This document shows, piece after piece, positions 12,201 to 18,071 of a DNA stretch of 52,919 nucleotides. The notes below the pieces were generated by a model. That model worked only from the letters and a program-made list of their open reading frames with translations, was not told the origin of the DNA and made no database searches. This DNA comes from a virus, in IMG/VR virus record IMGVR_UViG_3300045988_125841, positions 1 to 52,919 of that record. The stretch is one strand, 5' to 3'. A program made the translations under genes and the position numbers. Every line of letters begins with the position of its first letter. The stretch's first letter is position 1.

Positions 12201-13786
12201 TTAGCAATTTTTGAGCCAATTCCTTTTTCAGCGACATTTGCTATATCAGGTGTGGCATTTGCAACTTTAGAAATAGCTTGACCCGCTTTTGTTCCTTTTG
12301 CGGTCATTCCTATTGCTCTTCCTACACCACTTGTCAAGTCATTCAGACCTGTCATTTCAGCTGTGGCTGCCGCACCTGCCATTTCACCTGCCGACCTAAA
12401 CCCCCACTCGCCTATAGCATGAGTTATAGGATTTGTGTCGTTGTATCTTTCCATCCATTTGTCAAGATTTAATTTTGCAAAATAATCCCCTTTAGCACCG
12501 GAAGTATCAGAAGTTTTACTAAAAAAATCATTTCCCAACTCATCAGGATTTTCAGTATAATATTTATCAATTTCTTGCAACTGTTGCGAATATTCTCCAC
12601 CACCCAATTTTGATGCTTTAAAAGGAAAACCGTCTTTTACAAACGTCCTTATAGTGCTATCAGCTGAATCGTATGCACCCTTAAAGAAATTCGCAATAGG
12701 TTGAGTAATTTCTTTCTCTACACTGTCTTTACCGTTTGAACTTGACATAAGCGATAGTTTCTTTAAACCGGCATAAGATTTCGCATTTTTTAGTTCGTTT
12801 TCTGATAGGTCTAATTTATCTATCATTTCGTCAAGTTGTTGTGCTTTTTTATATTTATTTTTTTCTTTATTGCGTTTAAGAAAATTATCTATTGTCTTAA
12901 CTGTTCGATATTTTAACGAAATACTCTTATTATCCGTTATCGGTATATCGACTTGTTGATTTAGATATTCTTCTTTTTCGTCTGAATCTGATTGTTCTTC
13001 GTTCGGGTTTGTTTTTAAATTATCAGTCCCTCTTTTGGCAATATTAATAGCACCATACTTACCCGAAAAGTGCATAAGTTTGCCTCTATCCTCTGCACTG
13101 TATGGCTTATGATAATCTTTTTCGTCACCGTCAACGCCTGCAAAAATGCCGTGAACATATTTGTCGCCCACTTGCATACCTTTTTTATCAAGCGTTTCTA
13201 ATTCTTCATTTGTAACATTTCCGTTTTTTTCATATGCCTCTTTCACTAAAGAGTTCATATAATTATCAACAGTACCTTTATCCAAAAAAGTTCCGTCAGG
13301 CATAATAGGCGTATAAGCCACATTCCAACCGCTGTTATTTATATCCGTTCCGAATTTATCAGAACCACCAAATACTGTATCAATACCGCCGATTTCAGGG
13401 TCATACCCCCAACTTTTCAACTCATTTTCATACTTCTTCTTTAATTCATCATTCCAACGTATAAGAGGTCGCTTGTTCATATTGACATTGCCGAATTTGG
13501 TTGGGAGTTCCTCTTTTTTGATTTGGTCTATTGTGTAATCGTAAAATCCCCAATCTTTTGCTTTTTGATATTCGTTTTGTAGTTCTTGAATTTTAGGTAT
13601 ATCATTAAAACTTGACTTTCCTGTTTCTTTGAATAAACCCTTGCCCTTTTCGATTTTCTTTGTGTTTTTTGTTTCTTCTTTTTGTTCAGAGGGTACACTT
13701 CTTGGTGTGTACCCTTGTTTTGTTAATTCATCACGAATTGATTGAACATTATTTTTAAAATCCTTATATGATGTTATTTTTCCCAT
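281..13786 (-). CDS. Giant 4501-aa polyvalent protein: unassigned N-terminal ~1640 aa, N6-adenine methyltransferase, SNF2/DEAH helicase, HExxH metallopeptidase motif and a ~1000-aa unassigned C-terminal region
   Basis: An uninterrupted 13.5-kb ORF in AT-rich DNA. SD 'aggag' lies 7 nt upstream of the ATG. Enzyme motifs are listed as separate sub-features. It is the last gene of the late operon. Confidence 0.9.
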   Translation of the reverse strand: MGKITSYKDFKNNVQSIRDELTKQGYTPRSVPSEQKEETKNTKKIEKGKGLFKETGKSSFNDIPKIQELQNEYQKAKDWGFYDYTIDQIKKEELPTKFGNVNMNKRPLIRWNDELKKKYENELKSWGYDPEIGGIDTVFGGSDKFGTDINNSGWNVAYTPIMPDGTFLDKGTVDNYMNSLVKEAYEKNGNVTNEELETLDKKGMQVGDKYVHGIFAGVDGDEKDYHKPYSAEDRGKLMHFSGKYGAINIAKRGTDNLKTNPNEEQSDSDEKEEYLNQQVDIPITDNKSISLKYRTVKTIDNFLKRNKEKNKYKKAQQLDEMIDKLDLSENELKNAKSYAGLKKLSLMSSSNGKDSVEKEITQPIANFFKGAYDSADSTIRTFVKDGFPFKASKLGGGEYSQQLQEIDKYYTENPDELGNDFFSKTSDTSGAKGDYFAKLNLDKWMERYNDTNPITHAIGEWGFRSAGEMAGAAATAEMTGLNDLTSGVGRAIGMTAKGTKAGQAISKVANATPDIANVAEKGIGSKIANAAINKANTLSIGSAAKFLNPLDNSTTLLMGIDSAQQKYDDLVKNGYDKDTAYKNAMFTGYVNTITEKMGYDGTPKSMMFALSPTGSTKKNVGKVLKQYMKANVGEGLEEVYATLFERMGDVVSKVGYVDENGKIQQRKLVGKEGVIDLPALGESFLGGAVGGAVMGGAGVVDNILHTDAKSVRQYGDEVKKIISRTNKEVSQKVREAGAEMPELPKQIDWKKSSVAEMNDYFVKTMNAYRDILSDEKVINYDKRVAENTLNKMNTAETGNEVNEATNINNVNATPQTENSIQNVPKTSEIEPLQTVQETAPLNAQVNDISNINTQNSKINADNSTINDTTSEINSVDTLNAIDTLPNISTQENGVQSSVNRVTEKVHNAMNKVGLNVSESATGIQEANTKFMSNNDNLFDRNYVSNYANDFVQAMSEKNGRSYTVLSQETDNLADELVNKTLTGNSVLDGNREFQTVVRNFKDVLREGIKKNANLHNNVYGANEVLNAQVQDIENGDYSSLNISENANNNIKFAPVSENGQNVGYVIEQGIDYTNQLSETSFAVKQKNGEYETKQGVTYGHFGTHQSSNGSYIVSYLPTGNATAIFPNQDTAIEFMKQVENETSGYSIYLHNDNDGITKTGGEISQFINALNTIKSNLQVKENSAKEMVSANPLAAPVENATQKDNSTIEIPKSDIKTNETLPVGQLLEDYNDAVDNILSVSDETAKELADNRVAVEILKNTPNVILDNVKGARDLKVIINYTKLYLAVRKNGVFEGHYHNLGAEIAKKLPDFLQNPDAIIQLANGKLNLFTTVKTKKGNNGIISVELNSTKDIGGKYKDYNVVVTMFSSNDNYTKNLISGEGVNIKYKKEDLSQVNPQLYKWLAIINDKSSTNNIVSQDSDVVNSSIRRDTENDTLNLKDKCNLTQTKHTKTGEDLWIIGLKERISADEYKKLNAKVKAVGGYYSRYAKTPDGKPIPGFIFKSEPTEEVFDVFNDFFGTTGTLKETDDVQADENIKDSQSTNNNTESDEENVSENNKTVLNSQSENDTIKEIPDLEIGDVIEYDGRQWKVTQTGLNMSFENLDKSDNKQTFSHIGGIENFKQTHDYKVVSKVDNQKNGGKENGISQQGVLDGKSRNDDRGLRTRTDGTNEESGIDGVHTSHSDDSNNGLRQSVGNERNRPDVRDDSEGIYGGTDKRETTSETEGVSDGGRRGRGTVHNGGIDVVQGMGGQPGQLKDNTDDTPDVIETGAKTVKKEKLPSNKNNFVISDDFAEKYDTTPPSAKDNLDAIELLLKLEEEGREATNEEKEILAKYKGWGGIDTRRLPYEQYSRFNRYFDGVQRKNVQDSMNNAFFTPTKVVDAMYNGLKRLGFKGGNVLETSMGIGNFFGRMPVAMTAKSALTGVELETYTARIAQYLYPGATVINKPFQDIAFKNNSYDLVIGNVPFGQNKISYDKKKYSMHNYFIISSLDKVREGGIVAVITSSGTLDSYGIDARKAIMDRADVVACYKLPEGVFSRSANTGVQSDLLILQKRASGQRPSGDSILNVTTTDDGLRINEYFKKHSENILGALAKGTNAWGEITTVIGDGNFYEKLNDAMSKLPKGLMNGKSELKKVETLVSWSEKPKFFEKGGRIYEDDGAGTATALKGAKENTARDYIAVRDVYKELLEAYEKELPDDDIEILRKKLSEVYDNFYKKHGPITGDGKKKIGKKKSTNNSFLKADSDFYLVGGLERYDKAKKEFAKSVLFEKDTLRKKKITKVDTASDALVVSINETGKVDFKHMQELTGKTEKQIADELKGEIVLTPQGDYVLTDIYLSGNIYEKLDEVKGKPDFEEQEKMLEQVLPKPKNASEIIVKLGANYIDPKYIESFALDTFGQRLNIEKDSSGKWKIDGAGQRRYGEIVNTKYGCKAFNAVQLLEKVLNDGEILAKTKSVVDGKEVVTIDTKMTEVAKQKAEDIKNVFNSWIFRDSKRRNVIVDKYNRMYNNYRPLNYKNIAEKLSFDSMSEELKEKLYPHQKNGIARFLFGGNTLFAHGVGTGKTFEMIASVMEAKRMGIINKTAMVVPNNKVVDFRNDIAEAYPTAKVLVIDTAKAKRQSMLGLVNSNDWDIVLIARTTFTKIPVSKQLEANFISQQLEECNIQIAEAESNRDGSTRAYKNLIKKRNNLEDKLKNLNADTKRDENGIEFEKLGFDAICVDEAHNYKSITTPTSLSIKGLANSSSAQQANDMLMKLDYLRSINGKIVFGTGTPITNTVSEIYNMMRMVRPDILEEAGIHSLDEWVNTFAKIENTVELGIDGQIKPKSTQVIRSFVNASEMIGLFRQFADIVFTEDVVKDLPKAKYVDIKIEGTPEHKQIQQQITDTLANTNKKEMLKVYARLMAMADMASVDTRMLSGAETDVNMYKDYSVDELEHENSKINTMCKQVLNEYKNSNNIKGTQIIFCDKGAGSGEVYSFNLHKDIKNKLIERGVPEEEIVIISNQKDAQLEELYEKVNNGDVRVLIGTCQKMAEGLNVQKRVVAIHHPTVTYKPSDWEQSNARGVRSGNINKEVRIYRYLQENTFDSHKWQAQDRKGEMIRAALRGDAISEMEDVGASDDGGESIDAATAMAITSGNPLVKEKIDIDKEVSRLKTLEQGYLNEIYHYQDVVAKNPHLIEEYTDREKGLKNDIALRDKYNENEIIIKDKRYEKQKDANKALSEAIKSAPKNGKYNAIGSYNGFKIKFKGNTGGMDYSLVIQGENTYTVEYAGGANNIARIAGVLKRLDSDLSNTQNSITKFKSDLEFAKQEANKPFEKETELKEALAKQKDITYKYEHYNETSANQKAENTSETSEKIVNKTDTSSDIQYSKQANTVDTWTSNELQNSKKQKNKKLGDIVSYISKEFNIPISKGNLSLTRAKGEFKKLSKAVRLRIANDLPTATHELGHLLDDEYDFTSSANIDEIIDFAQRKSPTLMKQYKKSEVPDEAVAEFVREFVKDPQSTIKEVPKFSKEFIETLSPKDAQALKTLSEYSQQYYNSDFMDKVDAAMTSNKEIKKKNKPTASEISKEIYTKLVDSFAPIKEATDYVKELKGTLSGRKDAYILAINSKNVDATMSTIFKEGMVDPNGNLTGGKGLIDCIKDISHKDIDLFDKYLVLKHSLEWIEPQEGAKLKRVFSDDTLQNSERIKREIANLENNHPEFKEASENLYKFQQDMLKYWVVSMGGMDAITYNKLQKMYPHYVPFMRDTGRNRTGFKSGFANQQSPVKTAKGSGATIISPLESIIKNVEKQVKFGTRNRVMAVLGMYADNVPGFANFIEPVPPDQVKNIINIEKLSDEFLGRMSESLDENDLFNLTEVFEDVFGTQVESYTPVVIPGKQIVTYLNKGKRKYYQVHDKALFNAITNLTPVQTGKIMNFAGRTLGITNALITQLNPVFATTNAIRDYDTAMKNSKAYNNPITFTGAYMSALWDVIRNSDNYKQYKAAGGGHMSMFSDNIDVLKKTLREVNSKDAGLARRLAQAIFLHPIECVTKINEITEAIPRLAEFKGMKKKGADNQQAIYAASDITVNFNRSGEVGRKLNKIFRFSNATVQGMDKQARIFTSGGKKEIAKHMLRYLISAILTTALLEFWNRTSDEDGWEELSQYQKNNFYCISIGNGKFIKIPKSREAAILNTTAERAADYAFGDKEAFYQFGQYIGDTTLPAWLPVTGIAEGGIEEGVHQAAGGTILGGIVDNMVNKDFKGTPIVSSALEDEPNKEQYNQKTSLLAKSIGQTFNWSPMKIDHLIDNYTGIIGKLNRSVTADGFNPSNLYGTSFSADSAYSTDVFNKVYERRDKMFKKYQNNPTPQNACMYEKYASKATYITQANKAIKRLSESEQRKARQELIADVRNINSGITDTDKSIVGLFNSKQMTTDDGYMSSLPQSKITMTVDKQSYIWEMTYTEYKKYYEDYQKVLEANRKKLINTSKYQGASDNEKTEMLKQLGSDVLKAIKDQYKEKNKSKFKKDE
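3461..3475 (-). other. HExxH zinc-metallopeptidase motif inside the giant ORF (aa 3438-3442, 'HELGH')
   Basis: Context is 'LPTATHELGHLLDDEYDF'. No other catalytic residues could be assigned by eye. Confidence 0.5.
4550..6250 (-). other. SNF2/DEAD-like helicase module of the giant ORF (boundaries approximate, aa ~2510-3080)
   Basis: Walker A 'GVGTGKT' (6107..6127), 'VDEAH' (5630..5644), 'GTGTPITN' (~5478..5497), 'LIGTCQKMAEGLN' (~4695..4730) and motif VI 'QSNARGVRSG' (4601..4630). Confidence 0.8.
7330..8400 (-). other. N6-adenine DNA methyltransferase-like module of the giant ORF (boundaries approximate, aa ~1800-2150)
   Basis: SAM-binding motif I 'ETSMGIGNFFG' (8066..8098) precedes the catalytic motif IV-like 'GNVPFG' (7889..7906). 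This motif order is typical of gamma-class amino-methyltransferases. Confidence 0.7.
8524..8862 (-). CDS. Candidate nested gene in the +1 frame of the giant ORF (112 aa, acidic, helical-looking)
   Basis: ATG at 8862 is preceded by 'GGAGG' (8871..8875) with an 8-nt spacer. This is the longest same-strand alternative-frame ORF in the 13.5-kb gene, and it spans exactly the disordered linker. Confidence 0.25.
   Translation of the reverse strand: MAYRNKEYWTEKVEMMIEDYAPELTELMKKVELTEFIRHIATIATTDYDNQLETKETDPMSEMIAREYTEELIKEKLHQKLKEYQTEDDEDEEQYTMEELMLFKEWVDSLDN
8530..8880 (-). other. Low-complexity G/D/R/S/T/N-rich linker of the giant ORF (aa ~1636-1752)
   Basis: The main frame reads 'GKENGISQQGVLDGKSRNDDRGLRTRTDGTNEESGID...GGRRGRGTVHNGGIDVVQGMGGQPGQ'. 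The coding strand here is purine-rich. Confidence 0.7.
11687..11737 (-). other. Gly/Ala-rich hydrophobic segment in the giant ORF (aa 684-700, 'FLGGAVGGAVMGGAGVV')
   Basis: Read directly from the translation. It follows a longer A/G/T-rich stretch ('SAGEMAGAAATAEMTG...') and may be a membrane-inserting segment. Confidence 0.45.
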
Positions 13787-13802
13787 ACCTATACTCCTAT
13801 TT

Positions 13803-15611
13803 TTACTGTTGAGTTACTTCGTATATTTCATCGTCTGATATTCCTATAGACTTTAATAACGGTAATTTGTGGTTTTGTGCGATAGATGTGTCATTTAATA
13901 CGTTGGCTATAAGCATTTTCTTTTGACCGCTCGGAATACTCGGATTTACTTGATATTGTCCGGCTGAATTTTTTTGAAGTATATCCATGCCTGATGACGT
14001 TTGAGACCTTTTATTATTCTGTTTAACCCAATCTTTCAAAAATGAACTGTCCAAACCGCTCACCTGACCGGTTGAACTACCATTTGCTCCTACTGCACCA
14101 CTCGTTTGATTATATTCATTAATTGCGTCGTTTGATTTAGCTGTATTTTCTGCAATATTATTTTTTGAGGTGTTATTTGCTTCTGCTATATTGTTACGAG
14201 AATTATTATTTGCCTCCGCTATGTTATTACGTGATTGGTTGTTTGCAACGTCCATGTCATTCTTGGCACTTGCGTCATTAACACGAATTGTATTATCGGC
14301 TTGATTATTGTTAATACGGATTGTATTGTCAGCCTCAATGCCTGGCATTCTTTCTTCGTGGTCGTAACCCATTTGTGCAATATCCTTGCTGTTTTTAAGT
14401 TCTGCGTCAAACTGTCTTGCGTCCTCTGTTTGCGTATTCGGAACACCGTAATCACCGTCATCATATTGACCGTATTTACTGTAGTTGTTCCAAATTTTTA
14501 CGCCCCTTGCAACTCTCGCCGCCTGTGCTGTCTGCGTATCACCTCTTGCGATAGCTTGTTCGATTACCTTTTTATAGTCAATATCTTCTATCGGATTGCC
14601 GTTATCATCAAAGAATGGATTTGAAGAATATTGCATACCCTTAGGAATTTGACCTGTAACTTGTGCTGTTGTTGCGTCACGTGATACTTTACCGTTAAGT
14701 ACAGTTTCATTTCTTTGTACTTCGTTATTCTTTGCTGTTTCGTCTCTGTTGAACGCATTGTCGATTTGAACACCCATATCGGATAGGATTTTTCGTGCCT
14801 GTTCAATTTTTTGCGTTGAATTATAAGCGTTTTGCACCTTTGCATTATACGCGTCTAATACATTCTGTTGCGCCTGTGAGTATAGCGCCGCTTGCTGTCG
14901 CATTGCGTTTGCGGCGCTGTAACTGTCAACATTACCGCCGTTTGAAGCTGTACCTAAAGCAAGCTGATTATTTCTTCCCTGTATAGCTGATAGATTATAT
15001 TTACCAAGTATCGCTTTTGCCTCATCGGTAGAAAAAGGATTAGCTTTAACCAAGTTCATATAGTCGTTATAATCTTGTGTATTTGTTTTCATCAAGTCGT
15101 TATAATGGTCGAATAGATTACTTTGCTGTTGACCTACAAGGCTTGATGTGGTTTGACTTTTGCCTGTGTCTTGAACATAGTTTTTAAAAGCATTATCAAG
15201 CGTACTGTTATCCCAATAAGATACCCCATTTGAGCCTATTGCCGACGGCTTGCCTATGTTTTTACCGCCTAAGCTAACCTCACCTGTCGTATCGTTATAT
15301 TGAAGTGCATTGTCTATATCGCTTTGACTTAAACCGTACTTTGAGCCTAAGCCGTAAAAATACGGTCTAATTGCACTTTTACCGCTCTGTGCAAAGTAGT
15401 CATTAACATACTTCTTTGACGCGTCATATCCGCTGTTATAAAGCGTGTCGGCAAGCTTTGTGTCACCATTTTCACGCATTTGTCCGTAATAGTTTTGTGC
15501 CTCGTTTGCTATTTGTGCCGTTTTCTTTGTATCGCCCTCTGCATTTGCATTAAGCCAATTACCTTTTAGCCGTAATATTGTATTTACGGCGTCTTGCGTA
15601 TTATATGCCAT
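13803..15611 (-). CDS. 602-aa N/Q/S-rich protein with 11-aa tandem repeats; candidate internal virion/ejection protein
   Basis: SD 'aaggaggt' lies 7 nt upstream of the ATG. The gene is tightly coupled between the PG hydrolase and the giant ORF. No enzymatic motif was recognised. Confidence 0.8.
   Translation of the reverse strand: MAYNTQDAVNTILRLKGNWLNANAEGDTKKTAQIANEAQNYYGQMRENGDTKLADTLYNSGYDASKKYVNDYFAQSGKSAIRPYFYGLGSKYGLSQSDIDNALQYNDTTGEVSLGGKNIGKPSAIGSNGVSYWDNSTLDNAFKNYVQDTGKSQTTSSLVGQQQSNLFDHYNDLMKTNTQDYNDYMNLVKANPFSTDEAKAILGKYNLSAIQGRNNQLALGTASNGGNVDSYSAANAMRQQAALYSQAQQNVLDAYNAKVQNAYNSTQKIEQARKILSDMGVQIDNAFNRDETAKNNEVQRNETVLNGKVSRDATTAQVTGQIPKGMQYSSNPFFDDNGNPIEDIDYKKVIEQAIARGDTQTAQAARVARGVKIWNNYSKYGQYDDGDYGVPNTQTEDARQFDAELKNSKDIAQMGYDHEERMPGIEADNTIRINNNQADNTIRVNDASAKNDMDVANNQSRNNIAEANNNSRNNIAEANNTSKNNIAENTAKSNDAINEYNQTSGAVGANGSSTGQVSGLDSSFLKDWVKQNNKRSQTSSGMDILQKNSAGQYQVNPSIPSGQKKMLIANVLNDTSIAQNHKLPLLKSIGISDDEIYEVTQQ
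14151..14348 (-). repeat. About six tandem 33-nt coding repeats (11-aa units such as 'SRNNIAEANNN' and 'ADNTIRINNNQ')
   Basis: The 33-nt periodicity is visible in both the DNA and the translation of the 602-aa ORF. Confidence 0.8.
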
Positions 15612-15624
15612 TCATTTTACCTCC

Positions 15625-16989
15625 TTATGCTATTCTTCTTGCACCGACATAGTCGCTACGTCCTGATAAATTGCTGATTTTAACGACATCACCTGTCTTT
15701 GGTGCCTGTATGTACTGTCCGTTACCTATATAAATTCCAACGTGTCCCGGAGCTGACGCACTACCGCCCGAGCCTCTGAAAAATACAAGGTCGCCTTCTT
15801 GCAAGTTATTCTTGCTTACGGCTTGCCCTACATTTATTTGGTCGTATGTTGTTCGTGGTATATCAATACCGCTTGCTTTCGCCGCGAGTTGTACAAGACC
15901 GCTACAATCAACACCGCTTGACGAAGTACCGCCGTATACATACGGTGTTCCCAAATACTGCTTTGCCGCCGCAACAATCTGCTGTCCTTTGGAAGAACCG
16001 CCTGACGAAGTGTTTGAATTGTTTGCATAACTCAATCTGTTTAGATAACTCCTTGATGAATGACTTGATGAATTACCTGTATTTGAACCGCTTACACCCT
16101 TAGCTGTGTTGTATAGTTGTCCCATAATAGAACTTACCTGTGTCGCCCAACTGCTATCTATTGCTCCACCGTCTGTGTATGCATACCCCATTCCTTTCGG
16201 GTTGTTACCTGTACCTGCTGAATTAATCGACTTTGCACCATACCCATTGTAGTATGTTTTCATAAATTCAGTTGCAAATTGAGTAGCGCCTTGTGACATT
16301 TGACCGTATCTATGAGCATTACCCTCAGGATTAACATTTGTAGCACCGTAACCCCAAATATTATTGGTTTTCTTGGCTATGTTTGAAGTACCCCAACCAC
16401 TTTCCAAAGCTCCGATACCGAGTATTGCCAAAGCGCTCATACCTGTTGTTTTTTGAGCATTGTATATACCCTCTGCGTCACTTGTTGATATGACTGAACT
16501 GCGGTTAAAGTGCTTTTTAATGATTTCGGCTATTTGTGCTGTTGACAGTTTCGGAAGTTGCGTTGCTACGTCAAGACTTCCAAGCGATGAGCTGTCAAGA
16601 TTTCCGTTAAAACCAACATTATCATCACCGTTTGAATTAATAGTACCACTGCTAAGAGCGGTACTATTTTCATTTTGAGTAGAATTTGATGAATTTGACA
16701 TTGTGTTTGTTGGTTGAATACCTGTTGCTTGTGTTATCCATTCTCTAACCTTATCGCTTGTCGCACTACTGTTTACAATCGGCTTATAATCAGCCATTTT
16801 ATTTATAACCTGTCCGTCTCTTTTGCTGATGAACGGGTTAAAGGAATTTATGTTCGGTGCCGTTGTTGTATTTTGCTTTCCATACAATGTATCAATTTTG
16901 TTTTTTAATTGATTACTCTGTTGTTGTGAATCGAAATTAAAAAGGCTGTTTACCTTATTTCTTATTGTATCTGCCAAACCCATAGTCAT
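15625..16989 (-). CDS. Two-domain peptidoglycan hydrolase: GH73 glucosaminidase-like domain plus C-terminal NlpC/P60 endopeptidase
   Basis: 'GALESGWGTSNIAKKTNNIWGYGA' is a GH73/FlgJ-type motif. 'YLGTPYVYGGTSSSGVDCSGLV' and 'GHVGIYIGNGQYIQAP' are the NlpC/P60 Cys and His motifs. The start may instead be the ATG at 16983. Confidence 0.9.
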   Translation of the reverse strand: MTMGLADTIRNKVNSLFNFDSQQQSNQLKNKIDTLYGKQNTTTAPNINSFNPFISKRDGQVINKMADYKPIVNSSATSDKVREWITQATGIQPTNTMSNSSNSTQNENSTALSSGTINSNGDDNVGFNGNLDSSSLGSLDVATQLPKLSTAQIAEIIKKHFNRSSVISTSDAEGIYNAQKTTGMSALAILGIGALESGWGTSNIAKKTNNIWGYGATNVNPEGNAHRYGQMSQGATQFATEFMKTYYNGYGAKSINSAGTGNNPKGMGYAYTDGGAIDSSWATQVSSIMGQLYNTAKGVSGSNTGNSSSHSSRSYLNRLSYANNSNTSSGGSSKGQQIVAAAKQYLGTPYVYGGTSSSGVDCSGLVQLAAKASGIDIPRTTYDQINVGQAVSKNNLQEGDLVFFRGSGGSASAPGHVGIYIGNGQYIQAPKTGDVVKISNLSGRSDYVGARRIA

Positions 16990-16999
16990 TTACTCCTTA

Positions 17000-17809
17000 T
17001 CAAATCTTGATTTTCATAAGTCCTGCAACAAATTTAACTGCACGATATACAACAACACATACCCACAATTTTGTATTGTTTAGATTAAGGTGCGCGTCGT
17101 CTGCGCCTGATACAATACCGTTATCCAAACACCACTGAACAGGCTTATGCGCCCATTCGGGCATATTACTGTCAATGCAATCGTAAATCATTTCTGATTT
17201 ATCTGCCTTTTTCTTGTCCAACTCATTAATTTTGCTAAGTAGTTCCTCATATTGTGTCATATTTAATTCCTCCTTGTTTGTTTTATCCTTTGTCACTTGT
17301 CCTGTAATTCCTTTAAAAATCGCTTTTGCAAACTCTGTCGCACCGATTTTCTTGTATTTATTTGCGTCCTCTGTATCTACAAAACACACTTCAACAAGCA
17401 TAGCTTTCGCGTCACTGTGATGTACCACATACAGCTTAGAGCCGTCTTTAATACCTCTGTTTTTAAAACCCAATTCACTTATCGCCTTGCAAGTATTTGC
17501 TGCCTCATCAAACTTTTTGCCGCCGTAAGTCCACACCTCTGTACCTTGCCCACCGCCACTGTTAAAGTGAATTGATACAAACAAGTCAAGTGACTGTGAA
17601 TTTGCCATATCAACTATTTGTCTTAAATTTGAACTTACCGTCGGTGCATAGTCGTTGGTGCAGTCATACACCGTATGACCTGCATTTTTCAATAACGTTT
17701 CAAGTGCATAGCCGACTTTTCGTGCCTCTACGCTTTCGTCTATGTAACCGACTGCACCGCAACCGACAGTGCCGCTTACAGTGTGTCCGCAGTTAATTCC
17801 AATTCTCAT
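17000..17809 (-). CDS. Endolysin, N-acetylmuramoyl-L-alanine amidase (Amidase_3 type) with a clostridial-phage-type C-terminal domain
   Basis: N-terminus 'MRIGINCGHT...' and 'DLFVSIHFNSGGGQGTEVW' are amidase_3 signatures. The gene lies next to the holin. Confidence 0.92.
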   Translation of the reverse strand: MRIGINCGHTVSGTVGCGAVGYIDESVEARKVGYALETLLKNAGHTVYDCTNDYAPTVSSNLRQIVDMANSQSLDLFVSIHFNSGGGQGTEVWTYGGKKFDEAANTCKAISELGFKNRGIKDGSKLYVVHHSDAKAMLVEVCFVDTEDANKYKKIGATEFAKAIFKGITGQVTKDKTNKEELNMTQYEELLSKINELDKKKADKSEMIYDCIDSNMPEWAHKPVQWCLDNGIVSGADDAHLNLNNTKLWVCVVVYRAVKFVAGLMKIKI

Positions 17810-17814
17810 ATTTC

Positions 17815-18069
17815 CTACACCTCTTTCAATTTAACGCCTTCTATTGCTCCTCTTGCGTACAACATTGCAAGATAAACTTTCATTGCCTCTAATTGCATAT
17901 CATATATACTCCGTATACTTTCAGGGGAAGTTATCAAGCCTCGCTTATCCCATCTGTCAACCGTTGCTTTTAATCTTTTGTATCGCATTGACAGTTGATA
18001 ATATTCATCTTGCAAATCTTTTTCGTAATCTTTGCAAGTTTCTATCTGAATAGCCTCTTTCAAATCCAT
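17815..18069 (-). CDS. 84-aa protein between holin and endolysin, function unknown
   Basis: The ORF is packed tightly in the lysis cassette. No TM segment or known motif was seen. Confidence 0.7.
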   Translation of the reverse strand: MDLKEAIQIETCKDYEKDLQDEYYQLSMRYKRLKATVDRWDKRGLITSPESIRSIYDMQLEAMKVYLAMLYARGAIEGVKLKEV

Positions 18070-18071
18070 AT

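Noticed and set aside
2211-12472. About 25 plus-strand ORFs of 60-183 aa that lie antisense to the giant gene (for example 8004..8555 and 11607..12023)
   Set aside because: They are shadows of a long, strongly supported minus-strand ORF. They have no SD sites, their translations are low-complexity or Cys/Phe/Ser-rich, and there is no room for promoters.
281-13786. Reading the giant ORF as a tape measure protein
   Set aside because: It contains complete methyltransferase, SNF2 helicase and HExxH motif sets. The element has no tail tube, sheath or chaperone-frameshift genes. The gene lies after the lysis cassette rather than between tail genes.
14151-14348. Regularly spaced repeats as a possible CRISPR array (also 19008..19127, 24699..25386 and 29196..29259)
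   Set aside because: All of them lie in frame inside long ORFs and translate into peptide repeats. There are no unique spacers, no leader and no cas genes.
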